Positions 25,650-40,221 of a stretch of DNA of 64,000 nucleotides are shown here, piece by piece; positions within the stretch are counted from its first letter, which is position 1; every line of letters starts with the position of its first letter. A program made the position numbers and the translations under genes. The notes under the pieces were generated by a model. The model was not told where the DNA came from, ran no database searches, and saw nothing but the letters and a program-made list of their open reading frames with translations. Source of the stretch: Lama glama (taxonomy: Eukaryota); NCBI GenBank assembly GCA_028534125.1, contig CM052817.1, positions 30,320,001-30,384,000 of the forward strand, read 5' to 3'.

Positions 25650-28600
25650 GACTATACTCAATTAAAATAAGAATTAAACATCATAGAATTCAGGGCATGA
25701 TATTTGTAATGACAGTGACTTTTGTTAATATTATCATATCTTTACCTGTACAACTTGATTTTAGCTAAGTGTATAATGGTTTATTTCTACTACCAGATGA
25801 TAAGATCTTTGCTTCCACTAGATTTTCCCCAAGTGCCTAGAATCATACTTATTAATTCAATTAATGATAACAACTTAGGAACTGGGAAGATACAAAGGTG
25901 AATAGGGCATGGTCGCTGCCTTCAGAGACCTGAAGTTCTTATTTCAAGGAGGAGATGAATACACATAAAAGATGATTCACCGTAGAGTCAATAAATCATG
26001 TATGTCTGCAGTACAAATGGAAAATACAGAAGAGTGTAATGGAAAGTGTAAAAATTTGCAGTCAGAAACCTGTGTTTGAGTAACTTCTGTATCATTTCAG
26101 AAAGACCTGTATTTGAATCCAGCTTTATGAGTTTATAGCTGTGTGAGCTTTGACATTCAGAACTTCATTTACTCCACTGTAAACTATGAACAGTAATAAA
26201 CTTTTGTCATATAATTGTTAGAATTAAATGAGTTGAGGGACTAGTATGTAGTACTCAAATCCCTATTGTAATAACATCGCCATTATGAACACTATCTTTA
26301 TTATTACATCAACAGCTCTGATTCTGAGCCTTTCTTTTCATTGTTATCATTAAATGTAAAGAATACTAAGCCCAGATGATTATTATAAAGGGTAAATGAT
26401 ATGATATATGTTTAAGTTTTTAGTTAATTTAAAACAATAATACAATTATTAACTGGAAGTATCATTGTGATTTCTATGACACAGAGTGGAAATATGTCAC
26501 AGATGGTATAGCTGTGTCTATTATTCTACAACTATTTACAATTGAAAATTAATTGGGCCAACAAACAATTCAAAGAACTGTTCTCTAAAATGTTTTCATT
26601 GTTCTGCTCTATTCCTTTCCTATATTCTTCTTATAAGAGCACATAATTGGGTATGAAACAGAAAATTTCAAAATCGGAGGTAGCAACATCCAGGAGAATG
26701 TGGAAAAATATAAAAAGTAAACATAAACTTAGGGAGATATTTTCAAATGGCTCTCAAATAGGAGGATTTTCTCTTTTGGCCAAAAATCAGAAAGGTCGAT
26801 ATAAGCCTTACTCTCACCATATGACTTTCAGAAAAGTCATTCTTTCTCATAGTAGAAAATAAAAGAGGAAAAGGCACAAATGCAAGAACTAAGTTTGTAA
26901 AGACCATGCCTTAGCTAAAAAGAAATAGAAATGCAAAAGCCACAGATATTTGGTTGAAATTTCCTCCCTGTAAAACTGAACTCTGAGCAGATCCAGACAA
27001 AGAGGCTAAGCAAGTGAACTAAAACATCAGGCCCAATACACACATGGGATTACTTAAAGGCAGACTCCAGATGCGAGCAATGTAGAACTAGGACATGAAA
27101 AAAGAGGATCCAAAGATGATCTGAGTGTCTCGATGTGAAAGTCCAATTTAATCAAGATCCAAAGTATAATTAGACTGTAGGTAAATTATAATTCGGTGTG
27201 TTCATATTTATATGTAAGTGTACCTGAAAAGATGCTTTAGAAATCATGAGAGTGAAAATAGAACAAAATCTTACGGGTTTTTCAAATGTATGAATCTTAT
27301 TTTCATTTGTATTTTATTTTAGGTGCACGTAGGAAAGGCATGTGACTGATCGATAGCATCTAGTGACGGGTTATCATCGCTCATATTTCCCTTTATACAT
27401 CTTGTTTTTCAGAGTTGCTAACATTTTATTTCAATTAATTTTAATTAATTAATATCAATTCCATATCAAATAGTTTAGAGTCGGAAAGATCTAATTTATC
27501 TAAATTTATAAATTTGAATTTATAATGTAACATCATACTTCTCATATTTGTTTTTGATCTTGAGCAAGTAATTTGGAGAGAAAATAGTGCCTGCTTCATA
27601 GAGTATCATGGGTTTAAATGATACATAAAGAGTTTAGCAGAGTAAGTATGATTTCATAATAAGGATTAGTCATGAGCAATTTTTATAATAATAGATTCTC
27701 AATTCAAAGAAAAACAATAACGAAGTCTTTCATCCTTCCAGAATGTTTTTCTCTCTTTTTTTAATCTTTTCATTACGTTGTCTTCTTTTCTTCTCTGTCC
27801 TTTACTTCTTAGCAGTATTAGAAAAAAAATAAAGGAAGAGGATGATTAAAAAAGAGCTTTATCTAAGATTGCTCAACCTTCACATTATGCAGTGGTGCCA
27901 GAGAAAGAGAAGAAAGCACAAGAGAGGTGTATGAAACAGCTGAGTGGGTAGAAGGTAAGGGCTGTAAGTTGGGTCAACACAAAGGTGTGATAGAAAGAAA
28001 CAGTAGCTAACTGACAAACCATTCTTTGCCATACTATCCAGGGTTGACTTAGCCCTTAGCTGGGAGCCAAATATCTTTAAAGTACCACCTGGCCCTATAA
28101 ACATCACAATATGTCTTCACTTCTAGTTCTTGGGATTCAGGTAATGGAAGCTTCTGTAGTAGAAAAGAACATCTTCAACTTTCCATGGAAAATGATTTGG
28201 CAAAACCACAATGGTTTCTTTGAACAAAGATCATCATCTGGAAAGGCATATACATGTAAATGTGTTCTGTCATATTTTTTGTTATTTTTAACCATTAGAA
28301 TGTAATAGTTGAATTCAATGTGGAGGAAAAGAGTAGTATTATATTTGTTCAGCTATCAACTACCAATGGAGACATGGTCTAGTCATTTCAATTTCAGGGC
28401 CTTGGTTTCTTCATTTGCATAATGTAAAATTGTAACATTTTTCCATATTTCTATGATTTTTCTAATAGCAATCCAAAACTCATCCGTATGAGAGATGAAA
28501 ATTTGTAAAGGGTTTGGTCACTCAATCTATGGCCAGGTACTCAACAGTAGCTAAAACACCATGCTGCTTTAGTCCTGAATTAACCAAATGAACAATTATA

Positions 28601-29586
28601 AACCTTTACATTCGCTTGCTGAAAGCCTCCTTAGAATCATTCTGCTAGAACAGAGTCTTCATTAACACTCATCTATTAATTTGAGTAAATTCCTTGTGCA
28701 CTTCAATGCTTAGGAAATAGATGGGCAAGAGAGAGTGAAATGATGGATATGATTTTCTGTTTATACTTAGAAAATCCTTTTGGTTTCCATCACTTCCAGA
28801 AATCAAAAAATTATTTGTTCCTTAAGTTAAAGCTATACTCAAACAAACAATTTTAATGTATCCAGATTCTTACTTTAAAAGTATATACAAAAAAAAAAGA
28901 AGTAAAATCTTTGTAGTGGGAAGTTATTGTTGCCTGAGAGCCATTATTTAGAAGATGAACTTTCATTGTGCAGTTCATGTAGCTATGGTAGAAAATCAAG
29001 CTGACACTGCTTTGATGCTGAAGATATTTTCTAGACATAACTTTTAAATACATTTCTGTTAGGCTTGGCTGTCAAACTTATTTCTTCAAAAGCGGAGAAC
29101 AGGAAAAAAAAATTCAGATTCATTGAGAAGCGACGGTTTCATCTTCAATTCGTTCACACTTTCAGCCGCACTCCTTTCAAGATCTCCTTGCATCATAGCA
29201 GCACTCACGGGTGAAAAAGAATGCAGTTTCCTGATACACCCTATTCCAAATAATAAACTTAGCATCTAGTCTCTAGTCTTCATTCTCAAAGCACAAAAAA
29301 CATTAAATAATTAATCCCCACAACACATTTGGGAAGAAGGCATACATTATTATCACCACGACAAAACTGGAGGCTCCCTGAATTTAAATGAGTTGCCTGA
29401 GGCTGCACATCAAGTTATTATCAGAGTTGAAATTACTTGCTGATTCCCATTCTCATTTTAAGAATTCGTCGGTCTCCTCCTGTCCTAAGAAGAACACGTG
29501 CCCACTGTCTGCGTAATTTTCATAAAGGATCAACAATGTGTTGCAAATATAATTTGTGTATTTGCATTAATAATTTTGGACATGGT

Positions 29587-30020
29587 CATTCTAAGTGAAG
29601 TAAGCCAGAAAGAGAAACAAAAATAGCATGTGATATCACTCATATGGGGATTCTAAAAAAAGAAAAAAAGAAGACACTAATGTACTCATCTACAAAACAG
29701 AAACAGTCTTGCAGACATAGTAAACAATCTTACAGTTACCGGGGGAAATGGGGTGGGAAGGGATAAATTTGGGAGTTCGAGATTTGCAAATATTAACTAC
29801 TATATACAAAAATAGATGAAAACAAATTTTTTCTGTATAGCACAGGGAACTATATTCAATATTTTGTAATAACCTTTAATGAAAAAGAATATGAAATCAA
29901 ATATATAACTATACTTATATATATAACTGGGACATTTATTTATATATAATATATAACTGGGACATTATGCTGTACACCAGAAATTGACATATTGTAACTG
30001 AATATACTTCAATAAAAAAA
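29587..30020 (+). mobile_element. Young L1 3' end (5'-truncated); see the 3'-transduction finding
   Basis: CATTCTAAGTGAAGTAAGCCAGAAAGAG...GTATAGCACAGGGAACTATATTCAA...TGCTGTACACCAGAAATTGAC...TACTTCAATAAAAAAA. Confidence 0.92.
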
Positions 30021-32867
30021 GAATTATTACTTACAATAAACTATATATATATGTGGCTTCATCTGCATGTCAGGGCAAACATCTAATACCCGGCATCATT
30101 ATTCTTCATATTGTTTTGTGAGTGACCCTCCGGTTCATGAGAGCTGCAGGTTCCTATTCCAGCCCTTAGTTCAGGATGGCACATAGACCTCATTTTACCT
30201 TTTTATTTTTTAACCTCCCATGTACGTGGGGTCTCTGGCCCTATTGTATATGTGGGTTTCCCATAGAAATAAAATTAATTTTGATTTTCTCCCATTAAAA
30301 ATAATAATAATTTTGGACATGGTAAATTCAAATGTAGTAACCAGTAAGGATATGAAATCAATTTTATTTCAATTTGTTCTGACAGTGACCAAAGAATTTC
30401 ACCTTTAAACAAGACATCAGCTAATGGCTGTCCAGGAAGGAAATGATGCTATCTTCAACAAGATAGTAGATTTAGGCTTCAAAAATCTTACTATTAAAAT
30501 GGGATATATCACATTTTTACCCTAATAGGTAAAATGGACTTTTGGCAAGAGCAATGGATATGCTGTAAGGAAATACTTGGTAAGGTTTAAAAGTGAAAGA
30601 AGCATCTTCATTAGTATTTGTTGAACACTGAGTCCTTGCTAAGAACTGTATGTGGCAAAGAATTAATCATAGTCTAAATCTCGTGGGCTCAGGTGATGTT
30701 ATTAATATTCACTTGTAAGTAGCTGCAGTTGTACTTACTAATAAAACCCCAAATGAAATGCAGGTCATTCCTCCAGCAATCCCTACACTCAGTATCTCAA
30801 AATGTATACATTCTGTATCTCCCACTTTAGGGAGCTCTGCAAGACAGAGCCGTGCCCTGACACTTATCACAGAATTAGCAGAATCATAACCCTCATCATG
30901 TCCAGCTGATAAACAGCCTTTTGTGAGCTGAACTCATGTTGCTTCTCTGCTAATTGTCCAGTTAGATTCATATGGCGTTGCTGAGCCTCTAAACAAATTA
31001 AGGTTAATTGGAATCAGGAATGGATCAGCAACCTCGGTCCTCAATCTGTTTCGTGGTTCTCCTCAACTCATTACTTTCCTTCTTTCAACTCCTTGTACAA
31101 CCAAAGTCCTGCTCATTCTCTCTGTCTGACTCTGTTGTGACCGTATCTTATTATAAAAGTGATTCAAAATGAATTATTTGGGGAACAAGCGGCAAATCAC
31201 AACTCAACAGCATCAACAGAATCAACGCCTTTAAGATACACCTTGTGAATGTTAATTTCATGTGATTTTCCAAGTATGTGTGTAATCCTTCAGGACTTTT
31301 CATCTTGTTATTTGAGGTCCTCTTTTGATAGAATAGAACCTGGTCCTGAAAAGGACCTTAACATGTCCATCTGATCTAGCTCCTAATCAGAGATTACATT
31401 AAATTCACTTTACAGGTTAAGAAACCCTGAGTGGGATAAGAGAATTTCCCAATTTTCCATAATTAGGGCATTAGTATTTTGGTCTTCTGCTTCATAATTT
31501 ATTGAGTTTCAGCTATGACACGTTCCCTCCATACTATTTCTAATAGCTAATATTTATTAAATGATCACTATGTTCCAAGAAATGGTGAAGTGCTTTACAA
31601 TGCATTACATTAATGAATGCTTACAAGCTTTAATTCCATTTCAGAAGAAGAAAACACCCTTCATTGAATTAGCCTGATTGCAAGGTCCCTACTACATATT
31701 CAATAACAGCTATTTAACAGAAAGAATCTGTAAACAATTTCAGAATGCACCTCCTGCCACTTACCACTCTGAATTAAAATTGGAACTTTGAGAGACAGCT
31801 CAGTGATTTAGGAAAATGGTGTACATCCCATTCAGACTCTGGCAATGAGGAAAAGTGAGCCCTAATACCCATCAGAATCCCACTGAAGAGTATGTTCTTG
31901 CCATCCCAGATTCATAAAAAAATAGAAGTAATAACAATGTACATAAAGATGAGGATTCTTTTTTTAACTTCAGAAATGAGAACTTCACAAGTTATTAAGG
32001 TACTTAGGATTCAGTTGGTCTTCTTGGTGGGAAAAGAGGCAACTATATACACAATGAATTCCATAATAACCATGTGTTGGGGCTCCGTATACCGTCAAGA
32101 CTCCTCTTTCGACACTGTGACATCCCATCCTCTCATTGTTCTCTTGACACTTCTCTGTATCCTTCACTAACATCTCTCCCCAAACTCCTTGCAAACCCCC
32201 ATCCCCTTGTTCTTCTCAAGGGCGTTAAATTAATAAGCAGAAATATGAAAGTGTCAGCCCATGTATCTTCTCTGCCCCTAGCCATTTTCCTTTCCACTAC
32301 ACCCTGATTCCTGATCGAGAGGAACTCCAAATGGAATGGAGTGGTATTTGCCACATAGAGCCCCAGAGGTGGGTTTCTTATGTAATTATTTCTGAAGTTT
32401 TTCCAGCATGTAAAACTGCATAAAATACCAAGCAAGTTTACTTGTTTATTTATCCTTGAATACATTTTATCATCTTCCTGGCCAAATAATTCAATTATTA
32501 TTCATTCTTTGAAAAACTTTTAAGCTAAAATTATGACATTATTAGAGGAATTAAAAGATGCTCAATTGACTCTGTGCCAAAGGTAAAATTTTTAAACCTT
32601 CAGACCATTTTAAGGCATGACTCTCAAAGCTTGTGTACAAAAGAATGAACTGAGACTGTTACTAAAATTGTAGAAATTTCTGAATCCCACAACCAAGAGT
32701 TTTAATTAGGGTGGTTTACATCTGATAGCATCAATCGTTTTAATGCATTTGAGAGTTTTTATTTATAGAAAAGACTTTTCACAAATATTTTGATTTTTAA
32801 CATTAATAATGAGTTTATTGAAATAATGAATTCAGAAGTGCAGATTTCTCTTAAGACTTTAAAAATA

Positions 32868-33825
32868 ATTTTTGAAGTACAATTGACATATAATAAGTTG
32901 TATATGTTTAAACCGTATGTTTGATAAGTACATGTGGGGATTTTTTATTAGATACCAGACATTGTAAATTTTACTTTTAGGATGCTTAATACATTTGTAT
33001 TCCAATAAACTTCTTGAGCTTTGTTATGGGAAGCCACTAGGTAACTTGGAAGCAGTCTGATCCTTTCAGATGTGCTTAAAGTTTGTTTGGCAGAATCAGG
33101 GTATAGTCTAGGACTAATTTTTCCCCACTACTGATGCAAAAGCCTTCTTAGTGATCTACACCATACCCTGTGATTTGCAAGGTTTTCCACTCTGGCTGTT
33201 GGGAGCAGTACTGTAACAGACCCTGTGTGAGTTCCACGTATTATTCCCTCTAATCTTTTCAGATGACACTTCCTCAGCCTTGAATAGGTTTTGCACGTAT
33301 TTGCACTGATCAGAACTCAGCTGAAAACTCCAGGGAGTCTCTCCCAGGGCTCCAGTTGTTCTTCCAGGCAGCATTCTTTTCTTTTTTTTTTTTTTTATTG
33401 AGTTTACAATGTTGTGTCAATTTCCAGTGTAGAGCACAATTTTTCCGTTATACATGAACATATATTCATTGTCGCATTCTTTTTTACTGTGAGCTACCAC
33501 AAGATCTTCCAGGCAGCATTCTTTTCTCTGGTATTCTGCCCTGCAAAATGTAGCTGCTTTGATCACCTTGGACTCCCAGTTGTGTCTCCTTAACCCAAGA
33601 AAAAGGCTGGGATGTGCTTCCCAATGCACAGCCTGGAAACTTTCTCCTGGAAGTAACCTGGAGCAGTCAATTACAGGGCTCACCTCACTGGTTTCTCATC
33701 TCAGGGCTCACTGTCCTTTGTCACCTAATGCCCAATTTCTTTACAACTGTTGTTTCACATTGCTTGCCTCGTTTTTTAGTTGTTTTGGGCAAGAAAATAC
33801 TTTTGATCCCTATTATGCCAACTAA
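32868..33825 (-). mobile_element. Old L1M fragments (3' tip plus 5'-region sequence)
   Basis: TTTTTGAAGTACAATTGACATATAATAAGTTG (L1MB/MC-like 3' end), followed by antisense old L1 5'-region-like sequence. Confidence 0.55.
33381..33504 (-). mobile_element. Very short, young L1 3' tip with perfect TSD, nested in old L1
   Basis: Poly-T followed by TTACAATGTTGTGTCAATTTCCAGTGTAGAGCAC. Exact repeat TCTTCCAGGCAGCATTCTTTT at 33360-33380 and 33505-33525. Confidence 0.92.
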
Positions 33826-34664
33826 GTTACAATTAAACTTCTTAAGTCAATTTACAACCTTTTTCTCTAATTATAAATCCAGTAAGCATTTAACAATCAC
33901 TTTAAAGGTGGCTTTTGATTAATATTTTGCCTAATTTGTAACTACATTTAACCAAAACATTTCATCTACCTGTATCATTTTAAATATTCAATTTTTATCC
34001 ATAATTCAGCTATCTCATTGAGAGCATTCTAAATGCAGATATGAAAGCATATTGGTGTGTTGTGCAGGGATTACAAAACTTGTTGATATCCTAGGACTTC
34101 AGGATGATTGGGTGGGATCTTGAATGCCTGGAGCATTTGTGTCCATATGTGCATAAAATGGAAAAGTTTGGCAAAAAACTCACCTAACAAAAATTTCAGA
34201 AATTCTTAAGCATTTCTTTCATACCTAACAAATCACACATAAATATAGTAAATATGAAACTTTCAAAATTATTCCCATGTTGTTCTCAAACAGTAGGTTT
34301 ACATTCTTATTTTCAAATTAAAATCTCAACGTATAATTAATTTCTTCCTTAAAGACTTTAAATTGAAATTACAAGTTAGATACTCTAATATAACAAAAAT
34401 AAATAAACAGTACAAGCACTTTAATTTACCAGAAAGTACACAGATTTTTTCTCTTAACATTAAAGTGCTCATATTGCATGTTTGATTTGTTTTATCATAT
34501 TAACTTTTGATTAAACACATTTATCCAATAAAGAAGCCAGTATACTTTCCCAAGCAAACTGAGATTTTCATGTCTGAAAAATGAAGTTGTATAATGACTA
34601 AAGAAAGTTTTAGCAGGGAAATGGGTTTCCTTCCCTTTCCTTTCTTTTCCTTTTTTCTCCCCAG

Positions 34665-34717
34665 ACAAAGCTGGAAAATACTGAAATGCTCACTAAACAG
34701 ATTCCATAGTTACAAAG
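34665..34717 (+). other. Weak candidate exon (53 nt)
   Basis: About 37 nt of pure pyrimidine ending CCCCAG, then donor AAG|gtgtgt. Confidence 0.25.
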
Positions 34718-37191
34718 GTGTGTGGATTTACAATCCTCATTCCTTAAATTCAAGTTACACATTAATGTAATTAGTCTATCAGACTTGAGTCATCCACCTA
34801 CTCATCCAACTTTAGTTTTCCAGTTTTGCACATCTTTGGCTTTCTTTGAAACATTTTATTCTCTTCAAATCTGTCTCTGAAGGCTCCAATATGGCATGCC
34901 CTTTAATTGTTCATGCAATGCTTCTAAATTTTGAATTTTACAATCTGAACTGTGTAGATGGAATTCTCTATTCTATGCTTCTTTTTTCAGGTTTTTTGTA
35001 TACTTAAAATTAGTTCCTATCGGATTTTCAGTGACACCTTGGCTTTGTCTGTAGGATATTATACTAAAATTATACTGGCCACGGTCCCTAAGAAACAATA
35101 CATTTTGAAGAGTATTAATCCAAAATCTGATTTTCCTGATGTCTCATGACTGTACTTCAAATCAAACATGCATTAAATCCTTAGAAATACTGCTGGTTTC
35201 ATAGTGCAGTAATATGACTGACTACTTTTATATATTGAATATGTATAGTTTTAGCTAACTATCTTCATGACAGTTTGTATGAACAATTTTCAGCTGTAAT
35301 CACTATTGTATAAATACCTTAAACAATCTTTGTGAAACACAGATAACCTCTCTTACAGTTATGAAAGATCAATAACAGTAAGGAAAGTGAATATTACATT
35401 CAAAAATCAACTAGGTTATAGTCACCTGCATCACACTAAATGTAAGCAGCAAGAATTAATGGGGCCCTGTGCTCAGCATCATACAGAAAAAGTCAACAAT
35501 ATATTCGAACATTAGAAACCTCAGGTAATGAGTAGCTAATATAGCCACTAAAAATAAATACCAAACTAGATTATCTCCTAGAGAGCTTTTCACCTCTGTT
35601 GGACTTCATCCTCAAATACTCACAACGTCACCTAAAAAAGACTTGATTAAAATTTTGATGATTGATCATAGAAATGGCTGCAGATATTTTCAAAAATTGA
35701 AAAAAATAGCTTGACTCTTCAGGCAATGTATACATTGCATGTCTTCTCTTTCATGAATTTTGCAACAGAGAAAATATTACTGAGGGAAATATATCTTGGA
35801 GTTTGGGGGGGATTAGAGTTGTTTTGTTTTATTTTAACTTATAATTCTTTTCCTTCCATCTTCATATAACTACCCTTCTCTCAGATGGGAAAAAAAAGTA
35901 CAGATGCACTTTCTCCTCTATCATTTCCAGCTATCTTATTTCTTCTATCATATCATATAATTCATATTATATCATATTCATTTTCATTTCCATATCATTT
36001 CCTCTATTATATCCAGCACAAAGCAAGACAGTAGGAGCCTGATATCAAATGAGGACCTAAAGATATTGTATAGCTGTACATTTAATGGAATTACAGATTT
36101 AACAAGCTATTCACTTTAATAATTAATATTTATCATGTTACAAACCTTTGTAAATAATTTCTTGGGTAACTTATAAGAAATTTATTATGGTAAGAACTCA
36201 CAGTATACCAAATGTCTTGGCATGTGTGTGTGCATGTATATTTTTCCTTAATTTTGAAAATATTAATTATTTTAACTTGATTCACCTGTCTGCCAAATTT
36301 TAGCTGAGTCTCTTCTGTAGAAAGTACTCTGCAAGAATCTGTGATGTGAAGGGGTTAAAAAGTCAGTCACCTGCCTCATGACCATCTTATCTAGAGAAGA
36401 CAAGAGGAACAAATCTGGAAAACATAAGAATAAAAGTAGTTTGTGATTAAATTCCAAATGAGTGGTAGAGTCATAATTCAGTTTTCTTTTTTATCCTATA
36501 GTTTGAACAAAATAGGTCACTGTAAAATAATTAATATTTAATAATTAATTAAACTTAGCTCATTGGGGGGTTATAAAGACAAAATATGAAAATGCTCATT
36601 AAGCCCTTAGTACTGTGCTTGTTGTCATTTTTATTTTATATTTTTCAAAAATCACATGTATATAAATGCATTTCTGAAAAGATGATTTTCCTAAAGAAGA
36701 TCTGTCAAATTTCTAGGTAATTCCTAAAGAGGAAATCTAAAAATGTGAGTATTGGCAGCATTGTCATAACAAGTGTGTTGCATTTCCCAGGCACCTGTTC
36801 AAAGGAGAGTGGTTTCTGTTAGTATTCAATACTTTTTAAAACATCTGAGGTAAAACTAAATTGTCTTGTCATTGTGCCTGAAAGCATTGGTGGGTTAACT
36901 TGACGTTTCTGTTGGGAGAGCTGGAATGTTAGTATAATATCCATCTAGTCCCCGTCTAAGTCACTATCACTAGTTCTAACCTGGGACTTTCTCTGAAACG
37001 CCAGGTCCCCAAATAATCTTCCTCATCCTTCTTGCAAATCTGCTCCTTCATGTCTGGATACTAGACACAGTCATGCATCTAGCTCCACTTCAGGAACCCT
37101 AGAGTCATCTTAGATGTCTTACTGCCCCATGCCCTGTTTATCATCAAATCATGTCCACTCTGCTTATTTATCCACTCAAGAAATGTTACAT

Positions 37192-37300
37192 GGGAGGGAA
37201 GTTATAGCTCAGTGGTAGCATGCATGCTTAGCATGAATAAGGTCCTGGATTCAATCCCCAGCACCATCATTTAAAAAAAATAATAATTTAAAAATTTAAA
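37192..37300 (+). mobile_element. tRNA-derived SINE (camelid Vic-type)
   Basis: GGGAGGGAAGTTATAGCTCAGTGGTAG (A box)...GGATTCAATCCCCAGCACC (B box), then an A-rich tail. Diverged TSD AAGAAATGTTACATG / AAGAAACAATATATG. Confidence 0.9.
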
Positions 37301-37877
37301 AAGAAACAATATATGAGCACCAGCATTGTTCCAGATTTTTCTTCATTCATACTAGCAGAACTTTGATCAAAGTTCATCAAATGTACCACTATATACTTCT
37401 CATTAATGTCCCTTCTTTTCTTTTCCCTCATCCAGTATTCCCACGACACCACCTCCTTTTTAGCATAAATACCATGTGCCTCGATGCCCTTCTTCACAGA
37501 TCTCATGGATGTTCATTCTTGAGAATTCAGCTTATGTCATTTCTTATGGTCTTTGTGGCTATACTATCAATGAAACTGCCATTTTGAATTGATTCTGTAT
37601 GCAAGAATGGATTATATTTAATATCTACACTCTCTTGTCTAGGCCCACTAGGACCAAACTGATATATCTTTTAGAACCTTGGCTCTGACTGCAAGAATTT
37701 TTTGAATTAAAAAATAATGTGAGTTTATACATGGTTTTGTTTAAATACTGTAGGAAGTAAATTGCATCCCAGAGTGATTTCACACAGAGATCATATAAAT
37801 TCAATATGACTAATTTTTTAACCAATATTTTTAACAAGACTAGGAAATAAGTATGACAAAATGCCTTCAGCTTAGAT

Positions 37878-38110
37878 TAAGGGTCCCAACCACTGCACTG
37901 TTGACATTTTGGAACAGATCATTTGTTGTGTGGATGGGGCGGGGAGGAGGCTTTCCTGGGTATTGGAGGATGTTTAGCAGCTTCCCTGGCCTCTACCTAC
38001 CAAATCCCGATAGCACTCCCTACCCCAATTGATAATAACCAAAATTGCTGGCAAACATTGCCTAATGTCCCCTGGGGGAAAAATAAATCACTCCCACTTA
38101 AGAACCACTG
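37878..38110 (+). mobile_element. MER20 (hAT-Charlie) element
   Basis: CACTGTTGACATTTTGG...GGATGTTTAGCAGCTTCCCTGGCCTCTACC...ATGTCCCCTGGGGG...AAGAACCACTG. Confidence 0.88.
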
Positions 38111-38759
38111 GTCTAGATAGCCCCAATTCTCCAGGTTTCTGAGATCACCTGTTTTCTTGAGTATACACAGAAGTATCATCAGGGCTCAACCCATTAAATA
38201 TAAAGTTTACTTGGTAGTGGGGCTTTAAGTTGCTCCTGTTCCATCCATGTGGCAATCTAAGCCTCCACTCTCACGCGGCCCCTGTGATTGCCCCAGCTCT
38301 TAAGCTTGTTGACACTCACTTCTTCCATTCTCAGGCTAATATGTTTGTCAGATTTTATAGGCTGTTAATATATATAGATATATAGATACAGATATAGATA
38401 TATAAAGAATAATGACATCAAAAGGCAAGAAACAATTTTACATTCAACATCAATCATCACTGTGTCTGCAAAATTAAGAGTATTTTCTCCATCAGGAATG
38501 TCTCAATATATCATTCTCTGTGCTTCTTCTAGCCTTCTGTTAATGATAGGTGCCTCATCTCATCCTCAGGCCCTCCTCAGGTATTTCTCTTCCACGTTTT
38601 TCCTTTATTCTCTCTCCTCACTTCATAATCTCAAAAATCTTACATTGCCATGTAAACCAACTATGCTTTGATGCTTTTTCACATTCCCTCATTTGATGTA
38701 CTTAACCAAAAAAAAAAAAAGTCCATTGAGACCTATCATTGTGTTTTTCTAAAAATTAC

Positions 38760-39160
38760 AACCAATTGACCTGGAGATGAATTATGGCCCTGCCCTAAAT
38801 GTTTAAACAGCATCTCTCCCCATAGAATGTTCCACCAAAACTCTTCACTTAACTCTTCTTTTCATCTTCCAGGTCTTATTTTAAATATAGTTTACAGGGT
38901 AACCTTATCTGACTCCCTGACCCCAAACAAAGTAATTCCCCAACTAGGCTAGTCTCTTTCCTAGCAGCCAGCCCTTTTACTTAGTTACTCTTATCAGAAT
39001 CTGTAACTACATATATATATGTGTGTCTAATTCTTTATTTATGTGTTTTATTAATCTCCAGACTCTACGAACAAGCATACATTTGGTCTTTTCAACAATG
39101 CCCAGTGTCTAGTGCTTAATAGATGCATTTTTAATATGAAAGAAATGAATGAATGAATTT
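38760..39160 (+). mobile_element. L2 LINE 3' fragment
   Basis: Pyrimidine-rich decayed body ending in the L2-type tail ATGAATGAATGAAT. Confidence 0.55.
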
Positions 39161-39924
39161 TACAGAAGACTGCAGTGGAAAAGAAGGGTCCTGTAAAATA
39201 TACTCAAAGATTAAATATAAGGCTTAGTACAGAATGAGTGGGCTCAGAATATGAATTAAATGAAGACATTTCTAAAGTGGCCTAGAGCAAGGAAGACGAA
39301 ATAACCATCCAAAGGAATTTCGACAGTGATACAGGTACCATCCCTTAACTGCAAAGAATGTGATGAAACCTGCAATGCATGCTCTTTTCCTCTGTAATTA
39401 ATTGCTAGGTTAGAAATCCTTGTCAGTTCTAGTGAGATGTACAGGGAGATTTCTATAATTACCTATTTAAAGAAGCAATGATAATTCTTTAAGAAATATA
39501 AGTGATTGAAAATATAAACAATAATTCTGTATTGTGTAGACTCCCTCTGAAATTAGTGTTTAAAATTTTTCAAAATGTGAGTGAATGCCAAGGGTGAAAA
39601 GAGAGAGAGAGAAAGAAGGGAAGAGGCAGCCTCTTGGACTTGCCCTGCAGGGAAATTAGGCTGGGCAGAAGCCTCAGGCTCCCCCAGAGCCAGAAGAGAT
39701 GACAGATAAATGTGCAATAGGGCTTCTGTTCAAACACCCAGTCAACAGTATCCCCCTCTCACTAGTATGTTTCAGATAGCTCTGCCAACATAAATAAATA
39801 GACCAAAGCGAAACTCATTCCAAAAGAATCATTTAATTTCAACACCAAAAATTATGTCTTCTCCAAAGATAAATTTTCCTTTAGGAGCCCCCACATATAT
39901 ACACAACACAACATGGACATACAG

Positions 39925-39925
<1 letters not shown>

Positions 39926-39960
<35 letters not shown>
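39926..39960 (+). repeat. (CA)n microsatellite
   Basis: Directly visible. Confidence 0.95.
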
Positions 39961-39962
<2 letters not shown>

Positions 39963-40221
39963 TTTAACTCAGCAGTAGCTAACAGTGCCAGCTCAAGTTA
40001 AGCTTGGAAACATAGGCTACTGAAGCTACAAGTCTCTATAAGGGATTTTACTTGTTTTATACAATACCCTCAACTCTTATTTCTAAAATGAGGAGAAATT
40101 GGGCCTCAAAAACTTGGAATCACCTATGCAAGATCACTTGCCAAGACAAAGGACATGCTAGCAAGAATTAGAATCCCAAGCTTCCAAATCCTTACATATT
40201 GTCTTTCTACCACCCCAGCCC

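Noticed and set aside
27323..27385. Acceptor-like site followed by a small CpG patch
   Set aside because: No convincing donor follows, and it is too short to call.
35920..36010. Degenerate (TCATA/TCATT)n periodicity
   Set aside because: A decayed low-complexity microsatellite without a repeat-spacer structure.
37192..37266. tRNA-like A/B boxes (also at 383-492)
   Set aside because: These are SINE heads with A-rich tails and TSDs, not tRNA genes.
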